Shown here piece after piece: positions 55,866-64,000 of a DNA stretch of 64,000 bases. The position numbers and the translations under genes are program-made. Numbering within the stretch: the first letter of the stretch is position 1; each line of letters begins with the position of its first letter. The stretch lies in the NCBI RefSeq assembly GCF_009914755.1, contig NC_060933.1; one strand, 5' to 3'. This DNA comes from the human T2T-CHM13v2.0 reference genome, Homo sapiens. The notes under the pieces are model-generated. The model had not been told where the DNA came from. It saw nothing but the letters and a program-made list of their open reading frames with translations, and did no database searches.

Positions 55866-56000
55866 TCTTTCTTTCTTCCTTCCTTCTTTCTTTCTTTCCT
55901 TCCTTCCTTCCTTCCTTCCTTCCTTCCTTCCTTCCTTCCTTCCTTCCTTCCTTCCTTCCCTCCCTCTCTCTCTTTCTTTCTTTCTTCTTTCTTTTCTTTC
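55866..56000. repeat. (TTCC)n/(TTTC)n polypyrimidine repeat grown from an Alu tail
   Basis: Pure pyrimidine tract abutting the Alu 3' end. Confidence 0.95.
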
Positions 56001-56255
56001 CTGGGTCTCACTTTTGTCACCCAAGCTGGAGTGGAGTGGTGAGATCTCAGCTCACTGCAACCTCTGCCTGCCAGCCTCTCGAGTAGATGAGATTACAGGC
56101 ACCCACTACCACGCCTGGCTAATTTTTGTACTTTTAGTAGAGACGGAGTTTCACCAGGTTGGCCAAGCTGGTCTTGAACTCCTGACCTCAGGTGATCCAC
56201 CCACCTCAGCCTCCTAAAGTGCTGGGATTACAGGCATGAGCCACCATGCCCGACC
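56001..56255 (-). mobile_element. AluS with internal deletion in the right arm
   Basis: aacctctgcctgccagcctc lacks the ggttcaagcgattctcc segment; TSD gatgtat(c/t)ttt at 55860 and 56256. Confidence 0.93.
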
Positions 56256-56384
56256 GATGTATTTTTCAAGTATATTTTCTTCTTGTCTTTGGTGGAGTTT
56301 TAAAAGACCTACAGCCATCTGTAGGTGTCACTTCCTTCTCCCTCTGAAGCTTCCAGATGCCTGCCCAACTCTGATGGAGGGTTG

Positions 56385-56592
56385 TATCAAATAGACTAGA
56401 GGTTACGGGTTTTGGGGAGGAGACCACAGAGATAAAGTGCCATTCTCATCACATAACATCAAGGTCACATACTATCAACACGACTTATCTCTGCTGATGT
56501 TGACCTTCATCTCCTGGTGAGAGAGTGTTTGTCAGCTTATTCCACTGTAAAGCTATTGAACCCCTTCCATTCCCATACTGTGCTTTATGGAA
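56385..56592 (-). mobile_element. L1MC-type 3' UTR fragment
   Basis: ggttttggggaggagaccacagagataaagtgccattctcatcacat..ttcccatactgtgctttatggaa. Confidence 0.8.
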
Positions 56593-56599
56593 TTTTGAC

Positions 56600-57352
56600 C
56601 ATATTTTGTGTGGAGCTGTTTGTTTTTCTTGTTATCGAGTTCTGAGTTCCTCATTTCACTGTCATTCTTTTAACAGTGTCTTTTGAAAAAGAGAGTTTTA
56701 ATTCTGATGAAATCCAATTTGTTAACCTGATATCCAAGGTCACAAATGTTTTCTCCTGGAAGTGTTATCGTTTTAGGTTTTAAACTTAGGTCTGTCACTC
56801 ATTTTGAGCTGATTTTTTCATGTAGTTCCAGGTATGGAGCAGATAGAAGCTCATTTGTGTGTGTGCACACATATGGATATTCAATTGTTCCAGCACCATT
56901 TGTTGAAAACTATCCTTTCTCCAATGACCTACTTTGCAGTTGCCGTTGTTGAGGCTTAGTTGTCTGTGTGTGTGAATTTCCTTCTGAACTCTGTTCTGTT
57001 CCATTGGTCTATCTGCTTTGATGCCAATATCACACTGTCTTGATTACTGTCGCTTTATAATAAGTCTTAAAACCAGATAATATTAGTCCTCCAACTTTGT
57101 TCTTCTTCTTCATACCTGATCGGCTAATTTAGACAATTTGCATTTCCATATAAATTTTAGAATCAGCTTGCCAATTTCTACAATATAGCCTGTTGGGATT
57201 TTCATTGGGATTGTGTTGAATCCACACAGTTTGATTTTGGGAGAATTGTCATGTTAGCAATATTAAATCTTCTGTCCCAAGAATCTGGGTATATTCCTCC
57301 ATTTATTCTGGTCTTTAATTCCTCTCAGCAATATTTTAGAGCTTTCCCTGTT
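56600..57352 (-). mobile_element. Old L1M ORF2 3' fragment
   Basis: caattgttccagcaccatttgttgaaaa; ttccatataaattttagaatcagcttg. Confidence 0.88.
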
Positions 57353-57499
57353 TTTAAAAAAATACCATGTATATGTATAAACTTCATAAAATAAAGTAAA
57401 AATATTAAAGAAGTGTTTACATAAAGAAAACTTGCTGGAAAAGCTTAACAGGTTCTGTGGGAGAAGCCACCCAAGATATTTAGCTATGACCGTATGGAC

Positions 57500-57820
57500 G
57501 TGAGTGTATGTGCATGTGAGTGTGTATGTATGCAGGCAGGCATGTGTGAATGTGCATAGGTGTGTATGAGTATGTATTAGGAGTGTGTGTGTATGTGTGA
57601 ATGTGAGACAGTGTGTATAAGTGTGAGTGTATATAAAGCAGTGTGTGATGTGTGTAGGTGTGAGTGTATGTGAAGCAGTGTGTGATGTGTGTAGGTGTGA
57701 GTGTATGTAAAGCAGTGTGTGATGTGTGTAGGTGTGAGTGTATGTGGGTGTGTGTAGGAATATGTGATGCATTAATGTATGTGTAGGTGTGAGCATGTGT
57801 GTGCAGGTGTGTGATGTGTT
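57500..57820. repeat. TG-rich repeat containing a 37-bp minisatellite (~3.4 copies, 57621-57745)
   Basis: gtgtgagtgtatRtRaagcagtgtgtgatgtgtgtag at 57621, 57658, 57695. Confidence 0.92.
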
Positions 57821-58539
57821 CTGTCATTTTAAGGGATATGGAAGGAAAGGAGGTCAATATGCTTGTTTTACCATCTTGATGTCATTTCTGAGTTGATTTT
57901 CCCTAAATAAAATCTATTTCCAGGAAGAGTTTGTGCTGGCATTCTCACCAGGCTGAACAACTCTAATTAATTGCTGGTCCTTCTCTGAGAGCATCTCCAC
58001 ACACAAGCTCACGGTTTGGGGGAGGAGGACAGCATGTCTGGGAGCCTGGGTTGTGGGCAGACCTTGCCTAGGTGGGGTGGGCTTCCTTTAAGAAAGAAAA
58101 AGGTCCCCCTGGGAAAGGACCTCCAGGCCCACTTAGGCAATCTTCTGGCCTCGGAGCCCTTTTTTCCTACAAGTGGAATGGCCTTGCATTCATTTTCTTA
58201 TCGATCTTACATACTGTTCAATCCTTGTAACTGAAGTGGCTGTCCTGGGAGGAGAAACTCAAGTCTTCCTGAGAGATGGGTCATTTCTTGTCAGGAAATG
58301 TGAGGACTTGTTCTTCCTGCCCAGGCCCCTCAGAAGCACAATGCTTCTGGCGCAGGTGGTCTCCATCTCACCACTGAGAGTGCTTCTTCTTTTCATGGCA
58401 GGACTGTTTGCAGCTCAGGATGTTTGCCATCACAACGGCAGAGCCGCAGTTCACACCCAGGCACGTTCTCCCCAAGACCTGTGGCTGCAACCACTGCTAT
58501 GCATGGAATGTGAGACGGACGGTGCTCGCCTAGCCAACA

Positions 58540-59015
58540 GTTGATGCTGAATACATCTTCATCTGTGTATTGACCATCTACCCTTTTCCCATGATTTGTT
58601 TGTCAAAATTCCTTGCTAATTTCCTTATTAAAAATGGTCAGTATTTTAATTCTCCTGATTCATGATAATTTCTTTGACAAGGAAATTAATACTTTGTTAA
58701 ATGAGTACAAATATTTTTAAACAATCTGTTTTACTTTTAATCTTTGTTTATGGTGATATTTTGGGCATACAAAGGTCTTTAATATCCATGTTATTAAATT
58801 CACAAATATTTCCCTTTGTGGATTTTGGGTTTCAGTTTATAATTCTAAACATATTCTCCACTCCATGATTACAAAATAAAAATAAAACAACACTGGTATT
58901 TTAATCTACTACATTTATTGCTTTTACTTACAAATCTTTGTTTTAATTGGAGTTTATTTTGGTAAATGAAAGTGCATGAGGGGACAAGTTATTTTCTTCG
59001 ATGTGGTTGAACAGG
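58540..59015 (-). mobile_element. Ancient L1ME-type fragment
   Basis: T-rich; tgatgctgaatacatcttcatctgtgtattgaccat; ttaattggagtttattttggt. Confidence 0.65.
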
Positions 59016-59314
59016 TGTTGTGAGAAGGTTCGGAGTCCGTCTTGCCATGGCTCCCCAAGCACACCGTCTTCCTCTACTTTTTATTTTGTTTCTGTGCTGT
59101 CTATTCTACTCCTTTGGAAAAAGCAGCACCCTGAGAATGGAGTGGACTTCGATGTGCTACCGTTGTTGGAACCTCCAAGCATGGATGGAGCCCTGCTGAC
59201 TTTGGAGGCCTCAGTTCTCACCGATCTGCACCTCTTGCACCCTGTAATCACTTTCTTGGGGTAGTTTCTACCTGACCCTGACAACCTCTCATGCTCTCTA
59301 TGTCCACAGCTAAC

Positions 59315-59790
<476 letters not shown>

Positions 59791-59829
59791 TAGAAAGACT
59801 TGAAGGATAAGTGCAAAGCCTACCCTATT

Positions 59830-60880
59830 CTGAACATGGGAGTTGGTTCCTTTCCCCAGTCATAGGAGGCTTATGAACACAAATACTTCCGTGGCATAAA
59901 CTCAGCAATGTGAACCTCCCAGTAGTAGGGCTTTTCTAATTTCTTCCACTCTTGGGCAATGACTCTTCTACCAGCAGCAACTATGGTGAGCCCCCAGTAT
60001 GGCTTCGTTCCCTAGAAGACCTACTGACCACATGATGGTAGGTCAATTATATTAGACTCTGTCCATCATGGGCAACTTCGTGATGCTTTTTTAGTGGGAG
60101 AGACATTTATTTCTTTTATGGAATTTCCTACAATGTCTGCTCTGTTTCTGCCTCAAGAACCATGCATGGACTAACAGAATACTTTTTTCATGGTCATGTT
60201 GTTCCATGCAATATTGTTTATGGCTAAGAGACAAATTTTAAAGTGAAAGAGGTGAGGCAATTTGGATTCTCTGGTCTTACAATGTACCCATAAACCAGAA
60301 ACATCTGGCTCTATAGAGTAGCCAAGTGGTCCACTGAGGATTCATGACAACATCGTGTGGATGGCAACACCACGCTACACTGAGATACTGTCCAGCAGGA
60401 AGGGAATGTGCTTAGTACCAGCAACAAGCACATGGGCCTGGCTCTCTTGTAACCAGAATGACTTTTCCTGTAGCCAAGGGGAGGAAGTGGGAGTGGCATC
60501 ATTCACCATTATGCCTAGAGCCTGCCATTTTGGGTTTCTCATTCAATTGAATCAAAAGGTAAAATGCAGGTGGTTACTCTTTTGGCTAGAGTGACGGATC
60601 CTCTGAATGAAACGTAAATTGGATTGCTACTACACAATGGTGGCAGGCAGACGTGATCAGGGGAGCCTCTCCTTTTACTGCCAACTCTAGTGATCAAGGT
60701 CAATGGGAGACTGCAGAAAATCAAAATAGGTAGGACTTTCAAGGGCTCAAAGCCATTAGAAATAAAAGTTTTCTACCACAGAAGAAGAATACTGACCAGC
60801 TGAGGAGCTGGGTAGGTGTAAAGGGACCACAGACTATGCAATGGAAAAAGGAAGATATAAACACCAACAATGGGAACTGC
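59830..60880 (+). mobile_element. ERVL internal remnant (integrase/dUTPase region), heavily decayed
   Basis: accatgcatggactaacagaat, tggtcttacaatgtaccc, gccattttgggtttctcatt, ggattgctactacacaatggtggcagg, gtgatcaaggtcaatggga. Confidence 0.7.
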
Positions 60881-60999
60881 ATGAAACCTGCTACTATCAA
60901 ATGGCAATGTGAAACTCTATGCTCCTTTTTCCAGATAAACAACTAATACTGTTAAGAATGATTTTTTTAAAAGCAGCTCCCAATTTAAGTCTCTGGAAA

Positions 61000-62400
<1,401 letters not shown>

Positions 62401-62755
62401 ATGATATATATAAACTAATAAATACATCAACTTATTCTCTCTCTCTCTCTACACGCATGTGCACGCACGTGCTCACACACGTGTATATATCACGACGTTG
62501 GCCTCATGATAAATTGTGGAAATTAGGACTGTTTCATATACACATTCCCTTGTTATATGGTTTATATTTATATCTGCTAACCAAATTTCCTCCTATATTT
62601 TTTAAACATTTAGGGTATGCTATTGGTGGCTGTCATTATAATTTAGCCTTTAGATTATTACAGGACTTCAGTCTTGAATTTGTATGGAGCTAGGTGAGAT
62701 AGGAGCATCACATCAATGATGGAACTTGGGTCTTCTCTTCTGGGGAGGGGGTGGG

Positions 62756-63162
62756 TGTGTTAGTCTGTTCTCATACTGCTATAAAGAAATAACCTGAGAC
62801 TGGATAATTTATAAAGAAAAATGTTTAATTGGCTCACAGTTCTACAGGCTGTATGGCTGGTGGCAGGGGTGGGGCTCAGGAAACTTACAACCATGGTGGA
62901 AGGTGAAGGGGAGGCAGGTTCATCTTATGTGGCCCGAGCCAAAGGAAGAGAGAGACAGGGGAGGTACTACGCCCTTTTAAACAATGAGATATTGGGATAA
63001 CTCACTCACTCACTATTGCCATGACAACACTAAGGGGAATGGTGTGAAACAATGACAAACCACTCCCATGATCCAGTCACTTCTTACCAGGCCCCACCTT
63101 CAACATTGGGGATTACAATTCAACATGAGATTTGGGTGGGGACACAGACACAAACTGCATCA
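62756..63162 (-). mobile_element. MST (MSTA/B) MaLR LTR
   Basis: tgtgttagtctgttctcatactgctataaagaaat..caattcaacatgagatttgggtggggacacaga. Confidence 0.92.
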
Positions 63163-63301
63163 CGGAGTGTGTTTCCTTTCATTTGAAGAGAATCGCATTC
63201 AGGTAGGAGGAGCAGACTGCTGTTGCTGTTGTTTGGAAGTGTGATTGTTGGGGGAATGGGATATGAGCGTTGGGAGAAGCTGCAGGGTAGCTGGGAATGG
63301 A

Positions 63302-63986
63302 TGTAATAACTCAGTGCTCGGCATCCACGCTACCCACCTCTATATCAGAGATGGGAAAGACAAAACACACGCCTCTGAGAGTCCTTTCTAGTGAGGCTTC
63401 TGGATTTGATTTAAGTTTGGACCATCAGATGCCGCAGCCTGAGATTTGGAAGGCAGAGTGCTGGAAGGCTGCACTCCCGCTGCATCTGCTGGTGCTTCGA
63501 CAAGCAAGGTGGTGGAGGTGTTGCCTGTCTGTAAAGGGATGATCAGAGCAGCGTCCAGTCTACGGTGCCCCAAATACTCACAAGCAGCACGCACAGCACT
63601 CCTTCACTTGGTCTCAGTGAGGGGATTGCACCGTGGAGCACAGTGTCTGTCCTGTCAGACCATGTTCTTATCCTTGTGGCTTTCTACTGGAGGCAGCTTC
63701 TAAGTGGCAGTGTCTCCATCTTGGTGATGGCAGTGTCTCCGTCTCTGTGGTGGCAGTGTGCTACTGGGGCCAGAGGCTTTCTGGCTGCAGAGGGGGCAGG
63801 AGCACCCTTGCTGGCCCGATTCAGAGATATGGCTTTGGGAGCTGTTCCCCAAACCTCATCCAACATCTGTTTCTCCAGTCCTGCCTCTGCTTCTGTGAAC
63901 CCCTCAATACCCTGTCATTAATCCCATCATGCGCTAAGCTAGCTAGAGAAGGCTTTGTTTTTTGTAGCTGAACCCTGGCCAATACA
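63302..63986 (+). mobile_element. ERVL LTR (LTR33/LTR16-like), probable 3' LTR of the ERVL remnant
   Basis: TG start after a purine-rich tract; ends gctaagctagctagagaaggctttgttttttgtagctgaaccctggccaataca. Confidence 0.65.
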
Positions 63987-64000
63987 ATGCATTACATAAA

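Noticed and set aside
56307-56326. 8-bp-stem palindrome acctacag-ccat-ctgtaggt (similar one at ~19695-19722)
   Set aside because: Stems this short are expected by chance
57263-57857. His/Thr-rich ORFs
   Set aside because: Translation of CA-repeat sequence

Overview
Primate genomic DNA (young AluY-type copies suggest human or another ape), intronic or intergenic in character. I recognise no protein-coding gene, tRNA, rRNA or CRISPR array; the ORF track is mostly Alu-, simple-repeat- and chance-derived. Transposon relics dominate: about 15 Alu/FLAM copies, old L1M and L2 pieces, MIR, MaLR and other LTRs (THE1, MST, MLT1, MLT2, MER21), an ERVL remnant with its LTR, and a full-length dead HSMAR2 mariner carrying nested insertions. 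The best-supported unusual observations are structural: (1) a ~430-bp micro-inversion inside an L2 with a 23-bp inverted breakpoint duplication; (2) a near-perfect 30-bp-stem hairpin at 38132-38200, with no recognisable transposon origin, overlapping a candidate splice acceptor; (3) an old local duplication whose two copies each gained an Alu at nearly the same site in opposite orientations; (4) two AluY elements inserted serially into one target; (5) an apparently retroposed, polyadenylated LTR 3' fragment inside an L1; (6) an inverted templated insertion; (7) a recent 91-bp tandem duplication. A repeat-free block at 15.4-16.9 kb may hold an alternative promoter or first exons on the minus strand. 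I found no convincing new multi-gene system. Repeat family names come from recalled consensus sequences, and boundaries of old repeats are approximate.
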